IMG/VR virus record: IMGVR_UViG_3300034021_001440
Coordinates: 32,001 to 96,000 of that record
Origin: a virus
Strand: one strand, 5' to 3'
DNA length: 64,000 nt
The notes under the pieces are model-generated. The model was not told where the DNA came from and did no database searches. It saw nothing but the letters and a program-made list of their open reading frames with translations. Shown here in pieces: positions 28,843 through 39,882 of the stretch. Each line of letters begins with the position of its first letter. Within the stretch, counting starts at the first letter, position 1. Position numbers and translations under genes: made by a program.

Positions 28843-31149
28843 ATGGCCAATCCAGACAATTTTAATCCTCTTGTTCCTATTCCCAACGGCCCGATTCCTG
28901 ACATCCCGGAAGTTTGGACCTTCAAACCCTCCGGTGGAAACGCTGGTGGGCCCCCTGCGTTCATTATGGGGAATGGATTTACCGTTACCGGAAATCCGTT
29001 TCTTGTCACCATTTCTCAACTTCCCCCGCCGATTGTCGGCACTGTAACCAGGGTTACTGCTGGCACTGGACTGGTTTCCCTGCCTGTCACAGGTGTCCGA
29101 GTCTCGGGCAGCTTTGCCCTGGCTCCCGCCCCCTCAACACTGACTCCGGGTGCATACAAGTATGCCAACCTAACGGTGGATGAGTTTGGCCACGTTGATG
29201 CCGCTTCCACCGGAAACCAGCCGCTCCTTGGCGGTCTGGGTCTCTTCCCCATTTCGGTCACTGGTGCTCCTCCGACCCTGAACGTTTCTATCGGCGCTGG
29301 CTCAACCCTTCAACTGGGTGCAGTCCAACTGGTTGACGATTTGGTTTCCCCCGACAGCACCAAGGCTCTGACGGCAAATCAAGGATATATTCTCAATAAC
29401 GACCTCAATAGCATTCCAATCGATCCGGTCAACGGTCAGTACTATGCTGGCTCGTTCAACCCGACGAACGGACTGCTTCAAAGCGTTTCCTCCCTCGGCT
29501 CAGCAAACGGCTTTGTGCTCGGTCAGTTTTTGCCCGCGCCTGGTAGCCTCAGTGTTGAAGGTTTCGTAATCGCAACTGGCACTGCTTCGTACAACCCTCC
29601 CGGTGGTGGTGGTCCCTACAATGTTCAACCCGGCGACGAGTTCTACTGCGGAAACACTTCCTGGCTTTACATTCCCAAGGCATTCCGTTATAATTACGCA
29701 ACGGACACGACCGCAGGCATCGTAAAACTGGCAAAGCAAAGTGACGTTCGTCCTTTCACGAACAACACCCTCGTTTGCACACCGTATTCCCTGGCCAACC
29801 TGATTGCCACCAACACAGAAGTTGGCTGGATTCTGTTGTCCACCGATGCTGAGTGCCGCGCTCTGCTCACTCCGTCCAAGGCTGTCACTCCGGCAAACCT
29901 TTCGGCCACGCCCGCAACGTTGTTCGATCGCGGTATCGTTCAGCTCAATAACAGCACGACTTCAACCTCAACTACTGAAGCGGCTACAGTCCAAGCCATC
30001 AACTCGGTCTACAATGCTGCGATTCTGAAGTCTCAGATTGTTGCTGTTGGTGACCTCATCTCAGCTTCTGCTGCCGCAACTCCTGTAACTGTGAGCCGTG
30101 GCACCAACCGATATGCGCTCACTGCCGATGATCAAGCCGTCGGCGGAATGTCCTGGGAAGCCATCAGCCCTCCCCAAACCTGCCCGGTTGGCACCATTTT
30201 CTGGTTCCCGAGCACCAACCTCTCAAAACTGCCAACCGACTGGGCATACTGTGACGGTGCGTCGGCGAACTCCGCTGCTGAAACTTCTCCCGGTGTGGCA
30301 AACCCCTACCGCGATCTGTTCAATGTGATTGGATACACATATGGCGGTAGCGGTGCAACCTTCAACCTCCCCGACCTGCGCGGCAAATTTGTTCGCGGTT
30401 GGAGTGGTGCTGGTGGCACTGCAGGTGCTATTGACGCCCCTCGCACTTTTGGAAGCACTCAACTTTCAAGTGTAATCTCACACACACACCAGTTTACTGG
30501 TCTTGGTCACAGTCACAATCCCATCTCAATCGTTGACCCTGGACACAACCACAGTGCAAGAACTGCGACCGTGATTGGACCCAATCGAGGATATTATGGC
30601 AACAAGGACACTGGACCGGACCTGATGAGTGATGGAGTTGACGTGACCGGCGTTACAATGGTTCTTGCCGATTTTGATCCTGCCGTCCTGTCAACTCCTC
30701 CAACCGTCTATAAGCAAACTCTCACAAACACGGCACCGGTCCCAACCGACGAGACTCGTCCCGTAAACTTCTCTCTGGTCCCCATCATTCGTTATACCTA
30801 CGGTTCAACTCCTCCGATTCCGAATCCAAACCCCTACTTCTACTACGTGTCGGTTTCTCCGACTTCGATGGGAGCAAGTGCCACTGCAACAGTGACGGTT
30901 CTCACAGCCAACGTTGCCCGTGGAACCACGCTCTACTGGGAACTCGGTGGCCCTGGCGTCGATGCCAGCTTGTTCAACCCTGCGACTCTGACTGGCAGTG
31001 TGACAATTGGATACAACAACGTTGCAAGTTTCGCTGTGACGGCTGCCGCGTCGCTTCCCACTCCGCCCTACAGCGTGGAAATCAAGATTTACAGCGACTC
31101 CGCTCGCCTGAATCAAGTGGGCAACACCGCCTACCTCACTCTTACCTGA
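28843..31149 (+). CDS. tail fibre with collar domain
   Basis: PVGTIFWF..CDG..LFNVIGYTYG..FNLPDLRGKFVRG; ETRPVN. Confidence 0.85.
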   Translation: MANPDNFNPLVPIPNGPIPDIPEVWTFKPSGGNAGGPPAFIMGNGFTVTGNPFLVTISQLPPPIVGTVTRVTAGTGLVSLPVTGVRVSGSFALAPAPSTLTPGAYKYANLTVDEFGHVDAASTGNQPLLGGLGLFPISVTGAPPTLNVSIGAGSTLQLGAVQLVDDLVSPDSTKALTANQGYILNNDLNSIPIDPVNGQYYAGSFNPTNGLLQSVSSLGSANGFVLGQFLPAPGSLSVEGFVIATGTASYNPPGGGGPYNVQPGDEFYCGNTSWLYIPKAFRYNYATDTTAGIVKLAKQSDVRPFTNNTLVCTPYSLANLIATNTEVGWILLSTDAECRALLTPSKAVTPANLSATPATLFDRGIVQLNNSTTSTSTTEAATVQAINSVYNAAILKSQIVAVGDLISASAAATPVTVSRGTNRYALTADDQAVGGMSWEAISPPQTCPVGTIFWFPSTNLSKLPTDWAYCDGASANSAAETSPGVANPYRDLFNVIGYTYGGSGATFNLPDLRGKFVRGWSGAGGTAGAIDAPRTFGSTQLSSVISHTHQFTGLGHSHNPISIVDPGHNHSARTATVIGPNRGYYGNKDTGPDLMSDGVDVTGVTMVLADFDPAVLSTPPTVYKQTLTNTAPVPTDETRPVNFSLVPIIRYTYGSTPPIPNPNPYFYYVSVSPTSMGASATATVTVLTANVARGTTLYWELGGPGVDASLFNPATLTGSVTIGYNNVASFAVTAAASLPTPPYSVEIKIYSDSARLNQVGNTAYLTLT

Positions 31150-31153
31150 TGCC

Positions 31154-31161
31154 GGGTAAAA
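31154..31161 (+). promoter_or_regulatory. GGGTAAAA box
   Basis: 42 nt before ATG 31196. Confidence 0.7.
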
Positions 31162-31195
31162 CTCACCAACGACGAACAATCCTTAGCGTGTAGAA

Positions 31196-33157
31196 ATGGC
31201 TCCTATCAATCCTTCTCCCAACATCATTCCCAACCAGCCCATCCCAAACAACCCGTTCTACTCACCCGTTATTTGGCAGTTTTACACTCCGAACGGCACT
31301 CTGACTCTGGGCAGCGGTTTCCTGGTGGATCCCGCCACAATGATCGTCCAGAACGCCCCTGGACCCAACCCTCCTGGCACGGTGACCTCGATCACCGCCA
31401 CTCCTGGTGGCGGCCTGGCCACGGTGCCCTCTGGTGGCATCACCTCCACTGGCTCCATCGGTCTGGCCCCCGTGGGCGGCTCCCTGGTGGCAGGTTCCTA
31501 CACCTACTCCTCGGTGACGGTAGACGCCTTTGGCCGAATCACCAACATTGCAGACGGCATCATTCCGGTGCAAAACGTCACCGGTTCTGCCCCGATTGTG
31601 GTGACTGGTGCTGCTCCTTCGGTCACCGTGAGCATTACGGCTGCCACCACGACCGCCCCTGGTGCGGTTCAACTGTGTGACAACCTGGTCACCCCTGCCA
31701 GCGATCTGGCTCTGACGGCGAATCAAGGATATATTCTCAATCTTCAAGTTGCTGGTCTGGCTGCCACTGCCGCCAACCAATTCCTGGCTGGCACCCTGAA
31801 CACCAGCACCACGCTGATGGCTTCGGTGACTGCCGCTGGAACCACTGCCGGTTTCTCCGTTGGCGCTGCTCTGCCCGCTCCCGCTGCTGGCAACGCTGGC
31901 GCTGTGGTCTATGTGACCCAAACTGCCTCCTACACCCCTCCCGGTGGCGGTGGCCCCTATAGCACCGTGCCTGGCGACGAGTTCATCAGCGACGGCACCA
32001 CCTGGATCTGGATTGCCTCTGGTTTCCGCCCCACCTATGCCACCACCACGGTTGCTGGTATCGTTGAGCTGGCAACTCCTGCTGAAGTCACTCCTCTGGC
32101 CAACAACACCCTGGCCGTCACTCCGTTCTCGCTCTCGACAACGATTGCGTCGACGACCCAGCTTGGTTTTGCCGAACTGGCAACCGACGCTGAGACTCTG
32201 GCCCTGACTTCGACGTCGGTTGTTGTGACTCCCAGCAACCTGAATGCTCTGCAGTCCACAACCTCCCAGCGTGGTATCGTTCAGCTGAACGACGATTTCA
32301 CCTCCACTTCGGTGACCCAAGCTGCGACCCCGAATGCGGTCAAGAAAGTCAACGATCTGATCATTCCGAAGACCATTCTGGCTGCCAAGGGCGACCTGAT
32401 TGTTGGTGCTGCTCCTGCCACTCCTGCCATTCTGCCTGTAGGCACGAACGGCTCGATTCTGACGGTTGACGACACCAAACCCCTGGGCGTCGACTGGAAC
32501 GTGCCTGACGCTGTGGCCACGGTTCCCGTGGGTGCGATCACCTGGTTCACTTCGAACGTGGCTGCGAACCTGCCCGTGGGCTGGCTGATTTGCGACGGTG
32601 GATCTTATTCCAACGTTATTGAAATTGCGCCCGGTATTCCCAACCCCTACTACGATCTCTTTGACCTGATTGGAAACACCTTCGGTGGCACTCTGACCAC
32701 CTTCCAAGTGCCCGATCTGCGCGGTCTATTCGTTCGTGGTTTGAATAATGCTGGAGGTACCCCTGCCGCTTACGATCCCGGTCGTGCGTTTGCCTCTGTG
32801 CAGACCTCGGCGGTGCAGACTCACACTCACACCCTGCCCAGCCTGTCTCACGACCATACGGTGACGGTTACTGACCTTGGCCATAACCACTCTGCGGCTT
32901 CTGCGACGGTGGTTGGTGGAAGTCCTGGCTACTATCCCGGTAACAACAACTTCGGCGACAACACACCCGTGGGAGGTTCAGGTCCTGGACAGCTTGGAAA
33001 TGGCAAGGCGTTGACGAACATTACTGCCTCCTCGGCCACCAGTCTTTCTGGAACCTACACCACCCTGATCAACACAGCTCCGACTCCAACCGACGAATCC
33101 CGACCCGTCAATATTGCGCTCTTGCCGATTATCAAATACTCCTCACTTTACGACTGA
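31196..33157 (+). CDS. tail fibre with collar domain (paralogue of 28843)
   Basis: PVGAITWF..GWLICDG..FQVPDLRGLFVRG; HTH, HDH and HNH motifs. Confidence 0.85.
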   Translation: MAPINPSPNIIPNQPIPNNPFYSPVIWQFYTPNGTLTLGSGFLVDPATMIVQNAPGPNPPGTVTSITATPGGGLATVPSGGITSTGSIGLAPVGGSLVAGSYTYSSVTVDAFGRITNIADGIIPVQNVTGSAPIVVTGAAPSVTVSITAATTTAPGAVQLCDNLVTPASDLALTANQGYILNLQVAGLAATAANQFLAGTLNTSTTLMASVTAAGTTAGFSVGAALPAPAAGNAGAVVYVTQTASYTPPGGGGPYSTVPGDEFISDGTTWIWIASGFRPTYATTTVAGIVELATPAEVTPLANNTLAVTPFSLSTTIASTTQLGFAELATDAETLALTSTSVVVTPSNLNALQSTTSQRGIVQLNDDFTSTSVTQAATPNAVKKVNDLIIPKTILAAKGDLIVGAAPATPAILPVGTNGSILTVDDTKPLGVDWNVPDAVATVPVGAITWFTSNVAANLPVGWLICDGGSYSNVIEIAPGIPNPYYDLFDLIGNTFGGTLTTFQVPDLRGLFVRGLNNAGGTPAAYDPGRAFASVQTSAVQTHTHTLPSLSHDHTVTVTDLGHNHSAASATVVGGSPGYYPGNNNFGDNTPVGGSGPGQLGNGKALTNITASSATSLSGTYTTLINTAPTPTDESRPVNIALLPIIKYSSLYD

Positions 33158-33162
33158 TGACA

Positions 33163-33188
33163 AGGGACCTTCGGGTCCCTTTTCTTTT
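33163..33188 (+). terminator. intrinsic terminator
   Basis: AGGGACC-TTCG-GGTCCCT followed by TTTCTTTT. Confidence 0.85.
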
Positions 33189-33190
33189 GC

Positions 33191-33198
33191 GGGTAAAA
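33191..33198 (+). promoter_or_regulatory. GGGTAAAA box
   Basis: 33 nt before ATG 33224. Confidence 0.7.
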
Positions 33199-33223
33199 CC
33201 AGGTATCCCGACAGTTGCGTTTC

Positions 33224-36200
33224 ATGGCGGTCCCGAATCCCCCATTCAACCCAAACAACCGCATTCCAAACGACCCTTTCAACTCTATTAATGTTCCTAC
33301 CTTTAATACAAGTTTTGGCCCCATGATCATTGGGTCTGGACTCAGTATTTCCGGTATCGGGAATCCTCAGACTCTTTCCGCTACTGGTGGCGGTGGTGGA
33401 GCGGTCAATCAGGTTCTTGGCGGTGTGGGCATCTCGACGTCCCCATCAACTGGAACCGTATATGTCAATAACACCGGGGTCACCTCGCTGACGGCTGGCT
33501 CCGGTATTGCCATTTCTGCTAGCACTGGCGCCATCACAATCAGTGCTTCGGGTGTTGGCACTGGCACCGTGACCTCCGTTGCTACAGGCACTGGCCTGAC
33601 CGGCGGTCCGATTATCGCCAGTGGCACCATCTCTCTGGCAAATACTGCAGTATCCCCTGGCACATATAACTATTCTACCATCACCGTCGATGCTCAGGGT
33701 CGTCTGACTGCTGCTTCCAGTGGTGCTGCTCCCGTAACAAATATTGCGACTGGAACTGGGCTCACTGGCGGTCCGATCACAACCACTGGGACCATCGCTC
33801 TTGCCAACACCTCCGTTACGGCGGGCAGCTACACCAATGCCAACATCGTCGTTGACGCGCAGGGTCGTATCACCTCTGCCTCAAACGGAACAGCTTGCAC
33901 TGGCACCGTCACTTCTGTGGCAACTGGCACAGGGCTGACCGGTGGGACAATCACCACTGCGGGAACGATTGCCCTGGCAGACACTGCTGTGTCCCCCGGT
34001 ACTTACAACTTTGCAACTATAACCGTCGACCAACAAGGTCGTCTCACTGCTGCTTCGACTGGAACTCCTCCAACTCCCGGAAGCACCACGGTTACTTCCC
34101 CGATTACTAATAGCGGTACTGCCCTCAACCCGAACATTGGTATTCAAACAGCAACCACAGGTCAGCTCGGTGCGGTTCAAGTCGGCAGCAATATTGATGT
34201 TTCCTCTGGCGTCATCAGTGTTGCCTCTACCGTAGGTGTTGCGACTGCGGTTAGCAACCTCGGTGTGACAACAATCACTGACAACGTAACCTCTACCTCT
34301 TGCAACAGTGCCCTGTCTGCGAACCAGGGACGGGCTCTGCAACAGCAGATTAACTCCCTCCTGGTGACAGGGACGGTCGAACTCGCTGGTACCATTGATG
34401 GTAGCACAGGTTTTGTTGCAACAACAACCTCACTGGGGTCTAGCAAAGGCTACACCGTTGGTGCCGTTCTGCCCGCTGCATCCGCAACCACTGTCAACAG
34501 CTACGTCATTGTAACAACTCCTGGAACAATGACACCTCCTGGCGGTGTTTCCACTGCCGTAACTCGTGGTGACTGGTGGCTGGTGACCCAGTCTTCCCCT
34601 GGCGTCTACGTCTGGAGCTACCTGAACGTTGGTTTCGACCCTCCGATGGCCAGCACAACGACCGCTGGTCTCGTTGAGCTTGCCACGGATGCCGAGACAC
34701 AAGCGGGCACGAGTGCCTCTTTGGCAGTCACCCCGGCTGGCGCCTGCGCAACTTATATTCCTTTCACTCAACTGACTGCCAAAGGCGCTCTGATCTCTGC
34801 CAGCGGTGCAAACACTGCTCTGACTGTGACGGTTGGTTCAGATGGTCAGGTTCTGACTGCTTGTTCTGCCTCCCCGAGCGGACTGTGCTGGACTGCTTCT
34901 TCGGTTCCCGCCATTCCTTGCGCTTGCATCACTGCCAAAGGTGATCTGATAACGGGCACTGCGGCAAACACACCCATTGCCCTCCCTGTGGGAACCAATG
35001 GACAGATTCTCTATGCGGACTCCGCCTGCAGCACGGGGCTGACGTGGGGAACTGCTCCCATCACTTGCCTCGCGTTTGATGCCAAAGGTGACCTTCTGAC
35101 TGGTTTTGGCCCTGACTCTTATGGCATTCTGGGCGTTGGCAGCAACGGCTGCGTGCTCGTTGCGTGCTCAGCTTGTGCCCAAGGAATGTGCTGGGGTCGT
35201 GGCGTCAACTCTGCCACCCCGACTTGCGAAGGTATTGTATACGGTTGCACACTGGCAACCGCAACTGCCCTTGGCTGCAACGCTCTGACCACCGGCACCG
35301 GTGCCAATAGCGTGGCCATTGGTACTCTGGCACTGACCAACAGTGGCGCGGGTACTGACAACGTTGCTGTTGGTTATGCCTCGCTTTGCTGCAACACGAC
35401 CGGCTCTTGCAACACCGTTGTCGGCTCTTGTGCCAACTGCCTTGCTACAGCCACAACCGGAAACACTGCTGTTGGTACCAAAGTTCTGAGCTGCAACAAC
35501 ACCGGAAATAACAACACTGCCGTTGGCTCTCTTGCGCTTCGCGATAATGCTTCGGGCTCCTACAACACCAGCGTTGGCTGGGCCGCTGGATTCAACCTCA
35601 CCTCTGGCTGCTATAACCTGGCCCTTGGCATCAACACCTGTCTTCCCAACCCCGCAGGAAACTGCCAGCTGGCCATTGGTTTTGGCAGCGGCACCAACTG
35701 GCTGACCGGTGACAGCAGCAAGCACATTCAACCTGGTGCTGGCATTCGCGACTGTGCCGGTTGTCTCGGTTGCGCTGGACAGTTCCTGTGCTCCACTGGC
35801 ACTGCCATTCAGTGGGTGACTGGTGTGGGTGACACTCCTGTTGGCACCGTAAACTGGTTCGGTGCTGCGACTGCCCCTGTTGGCTGGCTTGTTGCTGACG
35901 GTCGTGCCGTGAGCCGCACCGCTTATGCTGCCCTCTACGCTGTGATCGGTACCACCTACGGTACTGGTGATGGCACTTCCACGTTCAACCTGCCCGACCT
36001 GCGTGCTGTGTTCATCCGTGGCGTTGATAACGCTGGCGGCACTGCTCGCGGCGTTGACCCAGGTCGTGCGTTCGGTAGTTTGCAGGCGAACTCCGTTCAG
36101 TCTCACTGCCACCAAGTGCAAGTTATCGCGGGTGGTGCTGGTCGCCCTGAGTGGTTGTTCCCCAACAACGCTTGCCCCATTGGAGCCGGATATCCGGCGC

Positions 36201-37417
36201 CCACTGGTGGTGCCGTCCGATCCGCTGGTTTCACAGACCTCACCGGTGGCACGGAAACACGCCCCCTCAACATGGCGCTGTTGCCTTGCATCAAGTACGA
36301 AATCACGGTTGCTCCGACCACTCCGTCTGCCTGCGGCATCCCCTGCGCCTGCGTGACGGGCAAAGGTGCCATCATCGTGGGAAGCGCCCCGAACACCCCG
36401 ACCGCTCTGCCCGTCGGTTTCAACTGTCAGATTCTGGTTGCAAATAGCAACTGTGCGCAGGGTCTGGCCTGGGCGAACCCGCCTGGTGTGAACTATCAGC
36501 AGTGTGCGGCTCCTGCCTTCACAACACCCGTCAACAGCCTCTGTCAGATCGCTGCCATCTCGATCAACACCTTGGGCAACCCTGTGCAGGTCAATGCCTA
36601 TGGCGATGCCTATAGCAGCGGGTCCAACTGGTTTGGTTGCGTCTTCATTCGCCGTTGCGGTTCTCCCAACTCGGACTCCCGTTCGTCTTGGCTGGAAAAC
36701 AATGCGGGCAACATCAACGAAGCCTTTGCCCTCTCCGTTATTGACAACCCTCCCGCTGGCACCTATTGCTACGCCCTCATGATGTGCGTCCCGAGTGGAT
36801 CCGGGGGCAACATCATCGCTGGCGAAGCCGGTGGTCCGGTTCTCAACGCTGTGGAACTCGGTTCTGCCTGCTACACCAACGCCATTCCTTGCACCGCCAT
36901 CACCGCCAAAGGCGACCTGATTGCCGGTGTGGGTATCAACTCCCCCACCGCTCTGCCCGTTGGCAGCTGTGGTGCGGTTCTTCGCCCCAACCCTGCCTGT
37001 GCCACTGGCCTGCAGTGGTGTGAAGTCGGCAAGACTGCCAGCGGCGTTGTCAGCACTGTCAACGTTGCGAACCAGTGGGTCACGATCGATGACATGCAGT
37101 TTGGTTTCTGGAACGGATTCAAGAGCTTCGTTATGAGGTTGGCACCGGGCTGCGCTTATAGTCTTGGTGCAACTTGGACCAGCTGCTATATTGGCGACGG
37201 TGGTGGATTTGGTTCCACATACTATCGAGATCAGACCCTGGTCGCCGGTACTTGGCGATTCATCTGGTGCGACCTGAACTACAGTCAGCACGGCCCGACT
37301 CAAAACGCAACCATCTGCCTGCTTGGCCCCGCTGGCGCCACTCGCATGTATCAGTTCATGGGCATGGTCAGTTCAGCTTACTGCTGCAACCCCATCTCCG
37401 TCACTCGCGTCCTCTGA
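33224..37417 (+). CDS. Cys-rich tail fibre with internal collar domain
   Basis: GTGLTGGPITT repeats, NTAVG repeats, collar motif FNLPDLRAVFIRG. Confidence 0.85.
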   Translation: MAVPNPPFNPNNRIPNDPFNSINVPTFNTSFGPMIIGSGLSISGIGNPQTLSATGGGGGAVNQVLGGVGISTSPSTGTVYVNNTGVTSLTAGSGIAISASTGAITISASGVGTGTVTSVATGTGLTGGPIIASGTISLANTAVSPGTYNYSTITVDAQGRLTAASSGAAPVTNIATGTGLTGGPITTTGTIALANTSVTAGSYTNANIVVDAQGRITSASNGTACTGTVTSVATGTGLTGGTITTAGTIALADTAVSPGTYNFATITVDQQGRLTAASTGTPPTPGSTTVTSPITNSGTALNPNIGIQTATTGQLGAVQVGSNIDVSSGVISVASTVGVATAVSNLGVTTITDNVTSTSCNSALSANQGRALQQQINSLLVTGTVELAGTIDGSTGFVATTTSLGSSKGYTVGAVLPAASATTVNSYVIVTTPGTMTPPGGVSTAVTRGDWWLVTQSSPGVYVWSYLNVGFDPPMASTTTAGLVELATDAETQAGTSASLAVTPAGACATYIPFTQLTAKGALISASGANTALTVTVGSDGQVLTACSASPSGLCWTASSVPAIPCACITAKGDLITGTAANTPIALPVGTNGQILYADSACSTGLTWGTAPITCLAFDAKGDLLTGFGPDSYGILGVGSNGCVLVACSACAQGMCWGRGVNSATPTCEGIVYGCTLATATALGCNALTTGTGANSVAIGTLALTNSGAGTDNVAVGYASLCCNTTGSCNTVVGSCANCLATATTGNTAVGTKVLSCNNTGNNNTAVGSLALRDNASGSYNTSVGWAAGFNLTSGCYNLALGINTCLPNPAGNCQLAIGFGSGTNWLTGDSSKHIQPGAGIRDCAGCLGCAGQFLCSTGTAIQWVTGVGDTPVGTVNWFGAATAPVGWLVADGRAVSRTAYAALYAVIGTTYGTGDGTSTFNLPDLRAVFIRGVDNAGGTARGVDPGRAFGSLQANSVQSHCHQVQVIAGGAGRPEWLFPNNACPIGAGYPAPTGGAVRSAGFTDLTGGTETRPLNMALLPCIKYEITVAPTTPSACGIPCACVTGKGAIIVGSAPNTPTALPVGFNCQILVANSNCAQGLAWANPPGVNYQQCAAPAFTTPVNSLCQIAAISINTLGNPVQVNAYGDAYSSGSNWFGCVFIRRCGSPNSDSRSSWLENNAGNINEAFALSVIDNPPAGTYCYALMMCVPSGSGGNIIAGEAGGPVLNAVELGSACYTNAIPCTAITAKGDLIAGVGINSPTALPVGSCGAVLRPNPACATGLQWCEVGKTASGVVSTVNVANQWVTIDDMQFGFWNGFKSFVMRLAPGCAYSLGATWTSCYIGDGGGFGSTYYRDQTLVAGTWRFIWCDLNYSQHGPTQNATICLLGPAGATRMYQFMGMVSSAYCCNPISVTRVL

Positions 37418-37426
37418 CCTGGCAAC

Positions 37427-37434
37427 GGGTAAAA
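37427..37434 (+). promoter_or_regulatory. GGGTAAAA box
   Basis: 35 nt before ATG 37462. Confidence 0.7.
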
Positions 37435-37461
37435 ATAAACACATCACTCTTGTAGAAAGCA

Positions 37462-39828
37462 ATGGGTTTGTCGACTCCCTTTAATCCCAACTCCCCCATT
37501 CCAAACAACCCATTTTACGCTCCGCAGTTTTCCACTATCAACTCCAGCATCGGTCCGCTGATCCTTGGCACCGGTCTGAACATTTCGGCAGTTGGAAACC
37601 CTCCCACTCTGAGCACCAGCGGGGGAGGGGGCGGCGGATCCGTTTCGCAAATCATCGCTGGCACCGGCATTAGTGTGTCCCCCTCGGGCGGTACCGGCAA
37701 CGTCATTGTCAATAACACCGGCGTTCTCAGCCTCGTGGCTGGCACGGGCATTTCCGTGTCGTCTGTGGGCGGTGTCTACACCGTGAACGCCACAGGTGGC
37801 GCTGGTACTGTCACCCTGATCAACTCTGGCTCCGGTCTGACCGGTGGCCCGATCACCACAAGCGGCACTCTGGCTCTGAACTACGCCTGTGTGGTTGACC
37901 CCACCGACTTTACTGGCAAAGGTGCTATCCTTGCTGGTACCGGTGTGGGCACATACAGTGCTCTGGCTGTTGGCGCAAACGGTCTGGTTCTGACTGCTTG
38001 TTCGACCGCTGCCAACGGCGTTTGCTGGGCTTCGGCAAGCGCGAACGACATTCCCTGCTCCGCGATTACTGCCAAAGGTGCCCTGATTACTGGCACCGGC
38101 CCTTCCACCCTGTTCTCTCTGGGCGTGGGCACCAACGGCCAAGTCCTGACTGCCTGCTCGGCTTGTGGCCCTGGCATGTACTGGACCAACCCGACCGCAG
38201 TTGTTCCTGACGCCACCCCGTCCGTTGAGGGCATCGTCTACGGCATCACCGACGCTGTCACAACATTCAACGTGGGTCTGGGCTCGGACGTTCTGGCTGC
38301 TGGTCCGGCGACTGGGCCTGGCAACGTTGCCATTGGTACTCAGGCTGGATACAATGTCACTTCGGGTCAGCAAAATAACCTCATCGGTGCTGGTGCTGGT
38401 TGCGCCATCACCTCTGGTAATGCGAACAATTTCCTCGGATTCCTGGCTGGTGGTGCTGTAACGACTGGTTCCCAGAATGTTCTGCTGGGCAACAGTGCAG
38501 GCAGCTCTTATACAACCGAACAGGGCAACGTCATCATCGGTGGCAACGCTGGCGTGGCTGGTGTCTGCAACCAAATCCTTCTGTCGGACGGCATCGGCAC
38601 CCTGCGTCTTCAACTCAACCAGTGCGGCGCTATCTCTCCGGACGGTACCACCTACGGTACTGCCGGTCAGGTCCTGTGCTCGGGTGGTCCAAACACCACC
38701 TGGGGTTGGACCTCTAGTTCCACCTCTGAAGCTACCTCCGTCGCTGCTGGCATCATCAAGGGTTGCACCGACAACACCCTTTGTAACTCCTTCTTCGGTT
38801 GCTGTGCTGGTCCTGGTCCCCTCTCTACAGGTGCTTGCAACACTGCTCTGGGATATCGGGCAGGTGCTGCTATCTCGACTGGTAATGTAAACACCATTGT
38901 CGGATTTGGGGCTGGTTGTACCATTAGCAGCGGTAACTGGAACGTCATCATGGGCCATAGTGCCGGTGACTCCATTACATCGGGTGGTTGCAACATTGCC
39001 ATCGGTGGTGCTGCTGGTGCATCCATTACCACCACCTGCGAGAACGTTCTGATTGGTGACCTTGCAGGCACTTCTCTGACCGGTCTTCAAAACGTTGGTG
39101 TGGGAACACAAGCACTTTGTGCCGTTGGTGCTGCAAATGCCAACACTGCTCTGGGTCACAACGCGGGTAGCAGAATCACAATTGGTAACTGCAACGTTGC
39201 CGTGGGCTATCTTGCCCTGGGCTCGCCGATAACGACCATCACCGGCAACAACAACGTGTCTGTTGGCGCTGGTAGTTTCAACAGCTTGACCTCCGGTAGT
39301 GCCAACATCTCGATTGGTAATGGAAACAATAACCCTCTGACAACCGGTGGTTGCAACATCAGCATTGGCTCGACTAATGGCCTGCCAGCTGCAAACACCT
39401 GCTACACAACCATCATCGGAAACGGCATCGTTGCCACGCAAAGTTGCCAGGTGATTATTGGATGGGTGACCGGTGGAACTTGTGCCTCCTTTGTCAACGG
39501 CTCGCTCAACTGGACCGTGAGCTCTGATGCTCGAATGAAGGATAAGGTCGAAGACTTCACCGAGGGTCTTGAACTTATTGAAAAACTTCAACCCCGGAGC
39601 TATAACTTCATCGGCGGTTGCGAAGAGGGTGACGAAGGCGTTCCTGCTTTCGGCCTCATCGCTCAAGAAGTGGCTGAAGCCATTGCCGGAACCAGTGCTG
39701 AGGGTCGCGGTCTGATTGGTGGAACGGAAGAAAACGGATACGGAATTACTTATCCTCAGCTTATCATTCCTCTGATCAACGCTGTCAAGGAATTGTCGGC
39801 CCGAGTGAAAGAACTCGAGTCCAAATGA
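37462..39828 (+). CDS. Cys-rich tail fibre with C-terminal S74 intramolecular chaperone
   Basis: SSDARMKDKV..GLIAQEV..LINAVKELSARV. Confidence 0.85.
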   Translation: MGLSTPFNPNSPIPNNPFYAPQFSTINSSIGPLILGTGLNISAVGNPPTLSTSGGGGGGSVSQIIAGTGISVSPSGGTGNVIVNNTGVLSLVAGTGISVSSVGGVYTVNATGGAGTVTLINSGSGLTGGPITTSGTLALNYACVVDPTDFTGKGAILAGTGVGTYSALAVGANGLVLTACSTAANGVCWASASANDIPCSAITAKGALITGTGPSTLFSLGVGTNGQVLTACSACGPGMYWTNPTAVVPDATPSVEGIVYGITDAVTTFNVGLGSDVLAAGPATGPGNVAIGTQAGYNVTSGQQNNLIGAGAGCAITSGNANNFLGFLAGGAVTTGSQNVLLGNSAGSSYTTEQGNVIIGGNAGVAGVCNQILLSDGIGTLRLQLNQCGAISPDGTTYGTAGQVLCSGGPNTTWGWTSSSTSEATSVAAGIIKGCTDNTLCNSFFGCCAGPGPLSTGACNTALGYRAGAAISTGNVNTIVGFGAGCTISSGNWNVIMGHSAGDSITSGGCNIAIGGAAGASITTTCENVLIGDLAGTSLTGLQNVGVGTQALCAVGAANANTALGHNAGSRITIGNCNVAVGYLALGSPITTITGNNNVSVGAGSFNSLTSGSANISIGNGNNNPLTTGGCNISIGSTNGLPAANTCYTTIIGNGIVATQSCQVIIGWVTGGTCASFVNGSLNWTVSSDARMKDKVEDFTEGLELIEKLQPRSYNFIGGCEEGDEGVPAFGLIAQEVAEAIAGTSAEGRGLIGGTEENGYGITYPQLIIPLINAVKELSARVKELESK

Positions 39829-39852
39829 GTTGAATAAAACTTGAACGCACAC

Positions 39853-39876
39853 GGGGACCTTCGGGTCCCCATTTTT
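39853..39876 (+). terminator. intrinsic terminator
   Basis: GGGGACC-TTCG-GGTCCCC followed by ATTTTT. Confidence 0.8.
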
Positions 39877-39882
39877 GTTGCC

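Noticed and set aside
31262-39852. Very long antisense ORFs (481, 711 and 802 aa)
   Set aside because: Shadows of Gly/Thr/Ala-rich fibre genes with biased codons; no recognisable motifs or promoter box
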